A stretch of 64,000 nt of DNA from Thermoplasmata archaeon (GCA_003551675.1 PUNG01000152.1:5377-69376), one strand, 5' to 3'; positions 11,533-20,605 are shown, counted from the stretch's first letter. The notes: generated by a model from the letters alone, not told the origin. Made by a program: numbers and translations.

Positions 11533-12653
11533 GCAATTGTTTTGATCTCATCTTTATTCATCGCTATCTCTTTTCCAAAGATCTGTTTAGACTTCACTCC
11601 TGTGATGACCACCATAACTTTCAGAGATTTTTCTTGGGTGGGCTCAACCGCGGCACCCCAGATGATCTTAGCATCCTTTCCTATCTTATTCTCTACGATC
11701 TTAGCGACTTCTTCGGCCTCTGATACCGTCATATCGCTACCGCCTACGACGTTGATCAACGCAGCGTTAGCACCACGTATATCCACTTCGAGCAACGGCG
11801 AATTGATGGCGTCTTCTATGGCCTTTTCCGCTCTATTTTCCGAGTCGTCTTCTCCCATGCCTATCATGGCCACTCCCGCTCCTTCCATGACCGTCTTCAG
11901 ATCGTTAAAATCAAGATTGACCAGGCCTGGTTTAGTTACTAGTTCCGTCAAACCTTTGATAGAGCGGGTGAGAACTTCATCGGCTACTTTGAATGCTTTG
12001 TTTAAAGACAAACGCGGACACAGTTCCAGCAGTTTATCGTTCGGGATGGTGATAACGGTGTCTGCCACGTTTTTAAGTCGGGAGAGACCCCATTCTGCGT
12101 TTTCCATCCTGGACTTTCCTTCGGCTTCGAAAGGAGTGGTACAAACTGCAACGGTCAAAGCACCTTCTTTTTTTGCCATCTCGGCCACAACGGGTGCTCC
12201 CCCAGTACCGGTACCTCCTCCCAGTCCACACGTAACGAATACCAGGTCGCTTCCTTCTAAGATATCCTTCAATTTGTCTCTCGCTTCTTCGGTCGCTTCC
12301 ATACCTATCTCGGGTCGAGCCCCTGCACCTAGTCCTCCGGTTTTACGTCGTCCCAATAGCACCTTTCTTTGCGCAAGAACGGTCAAAAGATGCTGAGCAT
12401 CGGTATTAGATGCTATAAGTTCCGCACCTTGTAATCCCTCTTCTGAGATCCGTTCTACAGTGTTGCATCCTGCTCCACCAACCCCGACGATCTTTATGTT
12501 CGTCTTCAGACCTTGAAGTACCTCTCTCAGCTCTTCGTCGGCGGCGGTTAGGTTCTCGCCTCTCTGATCTTTGGACCCCGTCCTTCCTGATTTGCTTCGT
12601 TCAGTTTTAGACAGAGCCTCTTCAACAATCGATTCCATCAATACACACTCCAT
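11529..12653 (-). CDS. ftsZ: Cell division protein FtsZ
   Basis: Tubulin/FtsZ signature GGGTGTGGAPVVAEMAKK; IASNTDAQHL; N-terminal VGVGGAGCN. Confidence 0.9.
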   Translation of the reverse strand: MECVLMESIVEEALSKTERSKSGRTGSKDQRGENLTAADEELREVLQGLKTNIKIVGVGGAGCNTVERISEEGLQGAELIASNTDAQHLLTVLAQRKVLLGRRKTGGLGAGARPEIGMEATEEARDKLKDILEGSDLVFVTCGLGGGTGTGGAPVVAEMAKKEGALTVAVCTTPFEAEGKSRMENAEWGLSRLKNVADTVITIPNDKLLELCPRLSLNKAFKVADEVLTRSIKGLTELVTKPGLVNLDFNDLKTVMEGAGVAMIGMGEDDSENRAEKAIEDAINSPLLEVDIRGANAALINVVGGSDMTVSEAEEVAKIVENKIGKDAKIIWGAAVEPTQEKSLKVMVVITGVKSKQIFGKEIAMNKDEIKTIA

Positions 12654-12698
12654 TTGGAGTTAAATCATACTGTATAGTATCCCAATCATTAATCCCTT

Positions 12699-12706
12699 AT
12701 ATAAAA
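12699..12706 (-). promoter_or_regulatory. Putative TATA box for ftsZ
   Basis: On the minus strand TTTATATA lies about 46-53 bp upstream of the ftsZ ATG. Confidence 0.3.
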
Positions 12707-12753
12707 TGTTTTGCCCCTAAGCCCGGTAAAAACGATCATTCAACTTTTTCAGT

Positions 12754-13305
12754 TCATGCCGTCTTTTTCCAGGAGAATATATTGATCAAGAGATACAGTA
12801 TGAAAAATACCGCCGAAGAGAAGATAACCATGAGTATTATCTCTATATTGGCTCCTATGCCCATCTCTAAAGAACTGTATGCGCCTATCAATCCGGCGAA
12901 AACGGCCAAAAAAAATCCCATCACGACGTTACCAAACAAGTCATTCAAGGCGGATCTTTTAAAGTCCTGCACGTTCTTGTCCGAACTACTTTCAAAAACT
13001 TCATCTATACCGCTGACCAGCAGCGTGTTCCTAGCGTAGAACCAAACACCTACGAAGAGGAAAAAGAAACCTATTATCGATAACAGGTTGGCGGTTGTGA
13101 AAGAGATCACCCTGTTGACGAAAAGGTAAGATATTATCAGCAGAGGTATACCTGAATCCAGGAATAATAGCCTACGCACATTGTAACCTATCAAGGGGAC
13201 TATACAGAAGATCAAGGGAAAAAACCAGTATACCGAATGAAGGGATGTCAGACTCGCCAGTGCCGCCGACAAGATCATCAAGGCGGAAACAAAAACTCTA
13301 GTCAA
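12754..13305 (-). CDS. Polytopic membrane protein (module gene D, copy 1)
   Basis: 183 aa with about 5 TM helices. Paralogous to 21198..21725 (shared SLHS.YWF.P..F......YN......LD.GI....S..FVN and IGFFFLFVG.WFY.RN). Confidence 0.5.
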   Translation of the reverse strand: MTRVFVSALMILSAALASLTSLHSVYWFFPLIFCIVPLIGYNVRRLLFLDSGIPLLIISYLFVNRVISFTTANLLSIIGFFFLFVGVWFYARNTLLVSGIDEVFESSSDKNVQDFKRSALNDLFGNVVMGFFLAVFAGLIGAYSSLEMGIGANIEIILMVIFSSAVFFILYLLINIFSWKKTA

Positions 13306-14588
13306 GCTCGTCTTTTTCTCTGTCTGTATCTTAACACCTCCTCTAAAGCCGGTTCTAAAGGTTGGTTAGGATCCCAATCCACTACCACCGTTCCGTAGGT
13401 CCAAAGTTTTTCTATTATATTCTTCCTTTCCGCACGGTGTAATTTTTCCGCCGTAGATCCAAGGTCACCCACGATATTTTTTTCTATCTTTACAGGGTCT
13501 GGAGAGATCACCATAACGTCGTATTCTCTTCTGCAAAAGTCTACGATGGTGTCGCTGAACTCGGGTACCGTTAAGGGGGAAATAAAGATGATCATGCTCC
13601 TTCTTGGAAAAAAATCCTCTAATAGCCACTTAACACCTTCAAGGCCCCAAGTACCCCCTTTTTCAAATTTGGCCAAGTTGGATAAGATGCTTTGGTATTG
13701 ATTTTTGCCCGTACCCGGGTAGACCCAGTTAAGGTACTCGCCCGCCACTATGACCCCTACCTGATTCCGGGCGGAAAGTATGGCCGAGGACAAACTCGCT
13801 GCCGCGTCTACGGAGGATTCCAGTGTGTTATTTCTCATGGTCCCTACTATACCTTTTTTATATCCGTCCACCACCAAGATCACGTCCCCTGATTTTTCAG
13901 CTTCGTATTCGTTGGTGAAGGGCTTTTGATATCGTGCGGTAGCCTTCCAGTTTATATCTCTGATCTCGTCGCCTATATGGTATTCCCGCAGAGAAAAGAA
14001 TTCGTTACCTACACCTATGCTTTTTGATTTTATATCTCCAAGCCAGTGCTTGGTATAACTGGGATTTATATCTATTTTTTTCATCTCTTGAACCCGTGGA
14101 AGTATCCGTATCGATATATTTTCTTCTTCATCTAATTCTTCACTAAAAAAATTAAAGGTGTCCCTGTATCTTATCTTGGTGGGGCCCACTTCTATCTTTC
14201 CACTGACAGGGCATGAGATCTTGTAGTATAGATCTTTTTTTTCTCCCTTTTCAAGCCTCACGATTTGATGGTTAGATCCATCTACCACTTCAACAAGGGA
14301 GGGGAGTATGTCGTGTACCTCCAAAAAACGTAGTTCATCTCCTTTATTTTCTAGATGGATATTCAGTTCGATCTCGTCGCCCAAGTAAACGTCTCTTATC
14401 CCTCTACTGGTCTCTCTACGAACATCTACGCGAATATCGTCAGGCGGTAGCGATCTACCCACGATGACGAAGAGTGCTAGGGACGATATGGCCCCCATAA
14501 AGAAAACCCAACTTCTGAATAGATTTCCCAGGAGCACCGTTAAAATGGTGAGTGCCGTCAGATAGACCAGGAGTTTATCCATCTTCAT
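13302..14588 (-). CDS. DUF58-family (vWA-like) protein with N-terminal TM segments (module gene C, copy 1)
   Basis: DUF58-like core NEFFSLREYHIGDEIRDINWKATARYQKPFTNEYEAEKSGDVILVVDG. Two N-terminal TM helices are followed by a beta-rich domain. A 4-nt overlap with the downstream gene suggests an operon. Confidence 0.7.
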   Translation of the reverse strand: MKMDKLLVYLTALTILTVLLGNLFRSWVFFMGAISSLALFVIVGRSLPPDDIRVDVRRETSRGIRDVYLGDEIELNIHLENKGDELRFLEVHDILPSLVEVVDGSNHQIVRLEKGEKKDLYYKISCPVSGKIEVGPTKIRYRDTFNFFSEELDEEENISIRILPRVQEMKKIDINPSYTKHWLGDIKSKSIGVGNEFFSLREYHIGDEIRDINWKATARYQKPFTNEYEAEKSGDVILVVDGYKKGIVGTMRNNTLESSVDAAASLSSAILSARNQVGVIVAGEYLNWVYPGTGKNQYQSILSNLAKFEKGGTWGLEGVKWLLEDFFPRRSMIIFISPLTVPEFSDTIVDFCRREYDVMVISPDPVKIEKNIVGDLGSTAEKLHRAERKNIIEKLWTYGTVVVDWDPNQPLEPALEEVLRYRQRKRRA

Positions 14589-14634
14589 GTATTACACCCC
14601 TCAGCAGCCGAGAACGTAGACTTCGTATTTTGCA

Positions 14635-15258
14635 CTAGTTCCATTCTTCGATCCTCCGTATGATCTCCTTTACTTTTTTTTCGTAATCTTTTTTTGACTC
14701 TTCATCCTTGGACCCAGGTCGTAGAAATCTTTCAAGTCCCTTTTTTTGCTCTCTCCCATGATCGTTAGAGAGCATGAAATCCGAGATCATATCGTCTTGA
14801 ACCATGCTGCGGAACTCGTCTGGGTTTCTCAAAAGATATCGTACGTCTTTTTCAGATAGATCTTTTTTTTCTTTCAATTTCATGATGAATATTTTTCTAA
14901 CCTTTTCCAAGAACATTTTTTGACTTATCTTCTTTCCCTCAGAAGCTCTTTGAAGGAGGACCGACGTATCCTGCATCCTTAGGTTTATGGTCTCGTCGAG
15001 TTCCTTTTTTTCTTTCCAGAAATCGGGCTTTTCAGTGGAGCTCATGGTCAACTGGATCAAGTCAAATCCGATGACGATCAGTAAAAGGAATCCCAACGCC
15101 CTTCCTATGCTCTTCTGTATGCCGCTCCCTCCCTCTAATGTCAATACGAAAAAAGAGACGATCAACAGCAGTAGTAGGATGTAATAGACATTCGAACTTT
15201 TTTTCCGTAGGATCAGGTCTTTTTTGATCATCGACATGTTAAACGAGGTTTCAGACAT
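14635..15258 (-). CDS. Membrane protein with 2 TM and cytoplasmic helical K/E-rich domain (module gene B, copy 1)
   Basis: Paralogous to 23035..23577 and 26419..27087 (shared C-terminal DVRYLLRNPDEFRSMVQDDMISDF / EVNKLIRYPDKFRDVVKDDTLADF / DIKELLKNEDDLRKIVEDETLVDF). Confidence 0.5.
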   Translation of the reverse strand: MSETSFNMSMIKKDLILRKKSSNVYYILLLLLIVSFFVLTLEGGSGIQKSIGRALGFLLLIVIGFDLIQLTMSSTEKPDFWKEKKELDETINLRMQDTSVLLQRASEGKKISQKMFLEKVRKIFIMKLKEKKDLSEKDVRYLLRNPDEFRSMVQDDMISDFMLSNDHGREQKKGLERFLRPGSKDEESKKDYEKKVKEIIRRIEEWN

Positions 15259-15261
15259 GTT

Positions 15262-16239
15262 TCACTCCAAATCTTTTTTTAATTCCTTAAGATTTTTTAA
15301 GGTCCGGTTCTTTTCCTTCTCACCCAGCGGATGAGAACTGTACTTGGCCAGCTCGAACACTTCTCTTATGTTTACGATCTTTAAGGAGGGCACATCTAAT
15401 TTTTCAGTCGCTAACTCTTCAAATTCCCTAGGTGTCATGGAATCTTCGTTCTCCACGCCCTTCTCTTCCAGTATCAAGCACATCTGCTGGTAGCATCTTA
15501 TTATGGTGGATTTCACGTCTCTGCCTTGGTGCAGCTCCGTTATGGCACGGTCAACGGCAGAAGTTATGTCGTCCTCCAACTTGTCTTCGTCTTCTACCTG
15601 TTTAGAGGGTTTCAGCGGCTGGAATCTTTGATACATGAAAAAAACGATGGCTAACACGAAGATAAGGATGAATACGGCCACCCCGGGTCCCCCTATACTT
15701 TCAGTAGCCACTCCAGCTTCATCCCAGAGATATGAGACGGACTCCCCGTTCAAAGAAGGTAGACGGTCAAGGGGAAAGTAGCCGTAAAGTGCATCCGCCA
15801 ATACATCACTGAAAGCATAGACTATCAATCCGCCGATCCCAATGAAAAGGGATACTAGGATCGCCACCTTTTTTGAACTTATATGCCCTTGCAAAACCGC
15901 AAAGAGTAGAAGACCACTACCCAGTATGATAAGCCCGAAATATAAAGCACCCAAAGCCTCAAAGAAGATCGGAGTTATGACCCAAAACAGTGCAAAACTC
16001 AACAGCAATAAGAGCATACGTGATCTTCCTTTATAGAATACGACTGCCGCTATAAAGAAGGGCGCGATGATACCTATGACTGCAAGGTAAGAAAGGTTTA
16101 GAGGACTCCCTCCTATGTCGTACTGAAAATTCATCATATTCCCTATAAGCCATGCACCTAGAAGGAAGAGGATGAAGGTCGTCACTACCGTTGTTTTTTT
16201 GTCCAAACTTATTCCTCTCAGTCGAAACAAAATCAACAC
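15262..16239 (-). CDS. DUF4129-like membrane protein (module gene A, copy 1)
   Basis: About 8 TM helices. The C-terminal cytoplasmic domain (DRAITELHQGRDVKSTIIRCYQQM...TPREFEELA...FELAKYSSHPLGEKE) matches the recalled DUF4129 pattern (TPrE...yE.arYs). Confidence 0.6.
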   Translation of the reverse strand: MLILFRLRGISLDKKTTVVTTFILFLLGAWLIGNMMNFQYDIGGSPLNLSYLAVIGIIAPFFIAAVVFYKGRSRMLLLLLSFALFWVITPIFFEALGALYFGLIILGSGLLLFAVLQGHISSKKVAILVSLFIGIGGLIVYAFSDVLADALYGYFPLDRLPSLNGESVSYLWDEAGVATESIGGPGVAVFILIFVLAIVFFMYQRFQPLKPSKQVEDEDKLEDDITSAVDRAITELHQGRDVKSTIIRCYQQMCLILEEKGVENEDSMTPREFEELATEKLDVPSLKIVNIREVFELAKYSSHPLGEKEKNRTLKNLKELKKDLE

Positions 16240-16260
16240 TCCGTGGATTTTAATCTTTTG

Positions 16261-16277
16261 CTATAGCCTCGCTAGTG
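16261..16277. repeat. 17-bp exact direct repeat CTATAGCCTCGCTAGTG (copy 1; copy 2 at 19746..19762)
   Basis: The 17-mer is identical at 16261 and 19746 and brackets the large surface-protein gene. Confidence 0.5.
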
Positions 16278-16289
16278 TCGTATCCCTAC

Positions 16290-16492
16290 ACATAAAAGAG
16301 TCTGGTGAGCACGAGTTGAAAGCGGAAGGTGTGAGCCTCACTTTTACAGTCGAAGAAGTCACAACCGACAGCTGGTTGGTAGTTGCGTTGATCCTCTCGA
16401 TCATAGCTCTGCTCTTGTTCGTCTGGATGGGGATGCAAAGTGACGAGAAGACGGTTGATAAGCCCACCCTTAGGAAAAAAGAGAATGAGTGA
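16290..16492 (+). pseudogene. 3' fragment of a surface-protein paralogue (C-terminal TM-anchor coding remnant)
   Basis: Its translation LKAEGVSLTFTVEEVTTDSWLVVALILSIIALLLFVWMGMQSDEKTVD matches the C-terminus of the 16546..19575 product (AEGFTRIIDVEEVTTDGWLIAALILSIIALLVFVWMGMESDGKTVD). Nucleotide identity is high, and no upstream gene body is present. Confidence 0.55.
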
Positions 16493-16545
16493 TATAACTG
16501 GTGTTATCGTGCGGTAGAGTATTCATCTCCTTAAGTGATATATAG

Positions 16546-19500
16546 ATGTATATCTATATAGTCTATAAAAGAAGGATTTGTATGAGGGAAAAGAGATTGG
16601 TCTTCGTCGTAAGTTGCCTACTTATAACCGGCGGGATGGTAGTTGTTGTCGGGGGCGAGGCGATAGAAGGGAACGAAAGTGTTGGTGGAGTGACAGGGGA
16701 AAATGAACCGCAGGCTGTTCAAGAGATCCACGACTGGTACGATCTCGATGATGTGCGGGACGATCTAGACGGCGATTATATTCTGATGAACGATTTGGAT
16801 GAAAATACCGACGGTCATGACGAATACAACAACCAGAAAGAGAATTATAAAATCAGAGAAGATGCTGGATATGAAGAAGCTTGGGACGATGGCGATACGA
16901 TAGATATACCCTTTGATGAAGATGATTATGATTCAGTTTTATCAGTTGAAGATGAAGACGGAAACTCTATAGATCATACTGTAGACCATCCCACGATCAC
17001 AATAGATGAAGACACGGGGGAACGATATATTTATGTAAACTACGAAGATGCTGTTGTGGGCTGGGAGCCGATAGGTGATGATGATGACGGATTTTCAGGT
17101 ACTTTCGACGGAGATGATTATGAAATAAGGGACCTCTACACCGACCGATTAGGCACAGATAACGTTGGCCTGTTTGGGTATATCGATGAAGGTGGAGAAG
17201 TTCGCAACGTTGGTGCTGTCGATACGGATGTGAGGGGATTCATTGGTGTAGGCGGGCTCATAGGATTTATCTATGAAGGCACGATCGAAAACTCATACGT
17301 CACGGGTGATGTGAGTGGAGACTCGCATGTTGGTGGGCTCGTTGGATGGAACGCGGGGGAAGGCACGGTGGCGAACTCGTATGCTACGGGAGATGTGAGT
17401 GGAGAAGGTGGTATAGGTGGGCTCGTTGGAACGAACATAGGCACGGTGGCGAACTCGTATGCAACTGGAGACGTGAGAGGGGGAGGTGGTATAGGCGGGC
17501 TCGTTGGATCGAACTCTGGCCTGGTGGCGAACTCGTATGCTACTGGTGTGGTGAGCGGGGGAGACAGTGTAGGCGGGCTCGTTGGTGTGAACCATGATAC
17601 GGTGTCGAACTCGTATGCTACTGGTGTGGTGAGTGGGGGAGATGGTATAGGCGGGCTCGTTGGAATGAACATAGGCACGGTGTCAAACTCGTATGCTATA
17701 GGAGATGTGAGTGGAGACGAGCTTGTAGGCGGGCTCGCAGGACTTAACTATAAAGGCACGATCGAAAACTCGTATGCAACTGGAGGGGTGAGCGGAGATG
17801 AGGACATAGGTGGGCTCGTTGGATTGAAATTTGAAGGCAGCACGGTTGAGAACTCGTTCTGGGATATCGAAACATCAGGACAAGATGATTCCAACGGCGG
17901 TACAGGGAAGACCACCGTTGAGATGAAGGATGCTGTGACCTACACAGATACAAGTACTGAAGGATTGAACGAGCCGTGGGATTTCGTAGGCGATCCGAAC
18001 GACGACGAAGGTGATGAGGATATATGGGACATCGACGATAGTACTAACGACGGATATCCATTCTTGACTTGGTCAGCAAGGGAACTTGCGATAAACATCG
18101 AAGGCAAAGGTAATACCGAACCTTTGGAAGGTACTCACACCTATGTAAAAGGTACTGAGGTAACTGTTACAGCAACGCCTGATGAGGGCTGGTACTTTGA
18201 CGGTTGGACTGGCGATCACGAAAATGCCAACAGGGAGATAACGATAATCATAGATGACAATAAAATCCTGACGGCTAATTTTGATGAGATAAGAGAAGGA
18301 GAACAAGTTTTAACGATAAATGTTGATGGTGAAGGCACGACGGAGCCGAAGCCAGGAGATCACATCTATGACAAGGGTGAAGAAGTCACGATTAAAGGGA
18401 TTCCGGAAGAAGGCTGGTACTTTGTCGAATGGACCGGCGATCACGAAGGTACAGAAGACAAGCTCACTATAACTATGGACGAGGATAAAGAAGTAACAGC
18501 TCATTTTGCCATACACGAATACACCTTGACGGTGAACGTCGAAGGAGAAGGAACTACCGATCCTGAAGAAGGTATTCATAGTTATGAAAAAGGAGATATC
18601 GTGACGGTTGAAGCTACGCCCGCAGAGGACTGGATTTTTGTAGAGTGGATAGGAGACGAGGTAGGAACGGACACGACCATAGAGATAAATATGTACGAAA
18701 ACAAGAGTATAACGGCTGTCTTCGAAGAGATCCAAACATACGAGTTGACGGTAGATGTAGAGGGTGAAGGCACCGTAGAAGTTGAGCCTGAGCGGGAAGA
18801 GTACGAAGAGGGCACGGAAGTCATTTTAACAGCGGTACCTGACGAAGGTTGGTACTTCGAAGAGTGGACAGAAGACTATGAAAGTACTGAAGACGAACTC
18901 ACCATAATCATGGACAGTAACAAAGAAATCACGGCATGGTTCGAAGAGGAAGTAAAGTATCACGAGCTAGAGGTGAACATAGACGGTGAAGGCACCGTAG
19001 AAGTTGAGCCCGAGCAGGACGAGTACGAAGCGGGCACGGAAGTCACTTTAACAGCGGTACCTGCCGAAGGTTGGTACTTCAAAGAGTGGTCTGGTGACGA
19101 AACAAGTACAGAAGTGGAAATCACCGTCACCATGGACGAAGACAAAAACATCACCGCACATTTCGAGAAGTTAGCTCCTGCGGAATTCGAATTCTCTGCC
19201 CTAACAATAGAGCCGGGAGAACCGGAGGTGGGCGAAGAAATCAAGATAAACATAGAAGTGACCAACATGGGTGGGCTAGAAGGAGAATACACCGTAGAAT
19301 TTTACATGAACCATGCTCTCATCGACGAAGTAGATGTAGAGCTGGAGGCCGGTGAAACAAAAACGGTTTCAACGACCTACGAGATCGAAGAGGCTGGGGA
19401 TTATCACATAGAAGCGGAAGGTTTCACTCGGATTATCGATGTCGAAGAAGTCACCACCGACGGTTGGTTGATCGCCGCTTTGATCCTTTCGATCATCGCT

Positions 19501-19575
19501 CTACTCGTGTTCGTCTGGATGGGGATGGAGAGTGACGGGAAGACAGTTGATGCTCCCGAGGAGGACGAAGACTAA
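16546..19575 (+). CDS. Large cell-surface protein: signal peptide, GLUG-motif repeats, about 7 Listeria-Bacteroides-type repeats, CARDB-like domain, C-terminal TM anchor
   Basis: N-terminal signal/TM segment (LVFVVSCLLITGGMVVVVGG) and an acidic region. About 8 repeats of GGLVG.N.GTV.NSYATGDVSG are GLUG-like. About 7 repeats carry GWYF.EWTGD...ITA.F. A CARDB-like segment reads EPGEPEVGEEIKINIEVTNMGGLEGEYTVEFYMN. The C-terminal TM is WLIAALILSIIALLVFVWMG, followed by an acidic tail. Confidence 0.85.
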   Translation: MYIYIVYKRRICMREKRLVFVVSCLLITGGMVVVVGGEAIEGNESVGGVTGENEPQAVQEIHDWYDLDDVRDDLDGDYILMNDLDENTDGHDEYNNQKENYKIREDAGYEEAWDDGDTIDIPFDEDDYDSVLSVEDEDGNSIDHTVDHPTITIDEDTGERYIYVNYEDAVVGWEPIGDDDDGFSGTFDGDDYEIRDLYTDRLGTDNVGLFGYIDEGGEVRNVGAVDTDVRGFIGVGGLIGFIYEGTIENSYVTGDVSGDSHVGGLVGWNAGEGTVANSYATGDVSGEGGIGGLVGTNIGTVANSYATGDVRGGGGIGGLVGSNSGLVANSYATGVVSGGDSVGGLVGVNHDTVSNSYATGVVSGGDGIGGLVGMNIGTVSNSYAIGDVSGDELVGGLAGLNYKGTIENSYATGGVSGDEDIGGLVGLKFEGSTVENSFWDIETSGQDDSNGGTGKTTVEMKDAVTYTDTSTEGLNEPWDFVGDPNDDEGDEDIWDIDDSTNDGYPFLTWSARELAINIEGKGNTEPLEGTHTYVKGTEVTVTATPDEGWYFDGWTGDHENANREITIIIDDNKILTANFDEIREGEQVLTINVDGEGTTEPKPGDHIYDKGEEVTIKGIPEEGWYFVEWTGDHEGTEDKLTITMDEDKEVTAHFAIHEYTLTVNVEGEGTTDPEEGIHSYEKGDIVTVEATPAEDWIFVEWIGDEVGTDTTIEINMYENKSITAVFEEIQTYELTVDVEGEGTVEVEPEREEYEEGTEVILTAVPDEGWYFEEWTEDYESTEDELTIIMDSNKEITAWFEEEVKYHELEVNIDGEGTVEVEPEQDEYEAGTEVTLTAVPAEGWYFKEWSGDETSTEVEITVTMDEDKNITAHFEKLAPAEFEFSALTIEPGEPEVGEEIKINIEVTNMGGLEGEYTVEFYMNHALIDEVDVELEAGETKTVSTTYEIEEAGDYHIEAEGFTRIIDVEEVTTDGWLIAALILSIIALLVFVWMGMESDGKTVDAPEEDED
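17290..17830 (+). repeat. ~60-bp tandem nucleotide repeats (about 8 units) encoding GLUG motifs
   Basis: Recurring units such as ggtataggcgggctcgttgga...ggcacggtggcgaactcgtatgctactggag...gtgagtgg occur with high inter-unit identity. Confidence 0.7.
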
Positions 19576-19745
19576 CTGCAGATCCTCACCAACAAAGTCG
19601 ACCTCAGTTTTTCCTTCGTATCGAATTCGTGCCCTTTGATGATGAGCACGTTCCGATTTTCCAACGATCTATCCGTTCAGATGAAAACGTCTACACCTCA
19701 TTTCGATCCAAAAACGAAAAGCAGATCCCGGAAAAATTAGAAAAA

Positions 19746-19762
19746 CTATAGCCTCGCTAGTG
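19746..19762. repeat. 17-bp direct repeat CTATAGCCTCGCTAGTG (copy 2)
   Basis: Exact match to 16261..16277, located 170 bp downstream of the surface-protein stop codon. Confidence 0.5.
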
Positions 19763-19790
19763 AAAGATTAATGTACTACCAAAAACAGTT

Positions 19791-20537
19791 ATGATCGAGG
19801 TATGGAATATGAGGAGTTTCACCAGGACAAAAGTCCTGATCGTTTTGGGGCTTATCTTGTTCAGTCCGGTACTTCCCTGGTATTATGGGGGAGAACAACA
19901 TGGCGAGCAGCTTTCTAGGGTCCCGGACTCTGAAAGCGTCAACTTGAACCCCGGTGATGATATGTTCACTTACCATTTTAGGGCCGAAGCCGAGGACGAA
20001 ATACATATCAGAGTATCCTCCGACAGACAGCCGTCTTTCCAAGTGGTCCTCATACCCGTAGAACACCTGGACGAATATAGACAAGATCCATCCTTTACAG
20101 ATATAGAGAAGATCGAAGAGGCGTCCAACAAACAAACCAGATCGTTCAGGGCACATCTATCCGTACCTGAAGAGGGCGAATACGTTCTGGTCGTTCGTTC
20201 CTTGGACTCCAGGAGTGCGGTTTACAACGTTTTGATCGGAAGAGGTCTTTTTTCATCGATGGTGGTACGATCAGGAGGATTTGTGGAGTTTTTCGGTATC
20301 CTCTTTATGGGTGTCGGTGCTGTATCCGCTAGCATCTATCTTTACATGAGGTTGAAAGAAAAAAAGAAAGACTCACTGAAGAACGGAATTTCCTTGGATA
20401 TGAGTTTATCGCAGATCGATGAGGAAGACAAGGAGAGATACAAAACGGAGGAAAAAAGACCGGATATAGGCTCTTCCACCCATACCGTCGAGGACGACTC
20501 TTCACCCGAAGAAGACTACCTTAGATATGATGATTGA
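19791..20537 (+). CDS. Secreted/membrane-anchored protein of unknown function (signal peptide, C-terminal TM, acidic tail)
   Basis: N-terminal hydrophobic segment VLIVLGLILFSPVL, a central soluble domain, a C-terminal TM FGILFMGVGAVSASIYLYM and a D/E-rich tail. Confidence 0.45.
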   Translation: MIEVWNMRSFTRTKVLIVLGLILFSPVLPWYYGGEQHGEQLSRVPDSESVNLNPGDDMFTYHFRAEAEDEIHIRVSSDRQPSFQVVLIPVEHLDEYRQDPSFTDIEKIEEASNKQTRSFRAHLSVPEEGEYVLVVRSLDSRSAVYNVLIGRGLFSSMVVRSGGFVEFFGILFMGVGAVSASIYLYMRLKEKKKDSLKNGISLDMSLSQIDEEDKERYKTEEKRPDIGSSTHTVEDDSSPEEDYLRYDD

Positions 20538-20605
20538 ATACAAGTCCGACCGAAGAGTTAAAAGTAGTAACGATTATTTATTTTCTGAGATGATAGGAGA
20601 CAGTC

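Noticed and set aside
11485-12396. 303-aa plus-strand ORF
   Set aside because: It lies entirely antisense to ftsZ, which carries unmistakable tubulin/FtsZ motifs. Its composition is low-complexity S/A/T-rich, typical of a shadow ORF.
16172-16289. 5' part of the ORF 16172..16492 as a real N-terminus for the anchor fragment
   Set aside because: This part overlaps the DUF4129-like gene on the opposite strand and shows no homology to the surface protein. Homology begins only after the 17-bp repeat, so the Met at 16172 is fortuitous.
17271-17678. Minus-strand ORFs (135, 100 and 83 aa) with repetitive P/T/S-rich translation
   Set aside because: They are antisense artefacts of the 60-bp tandem GLUG repeats within the surface-protein gene.
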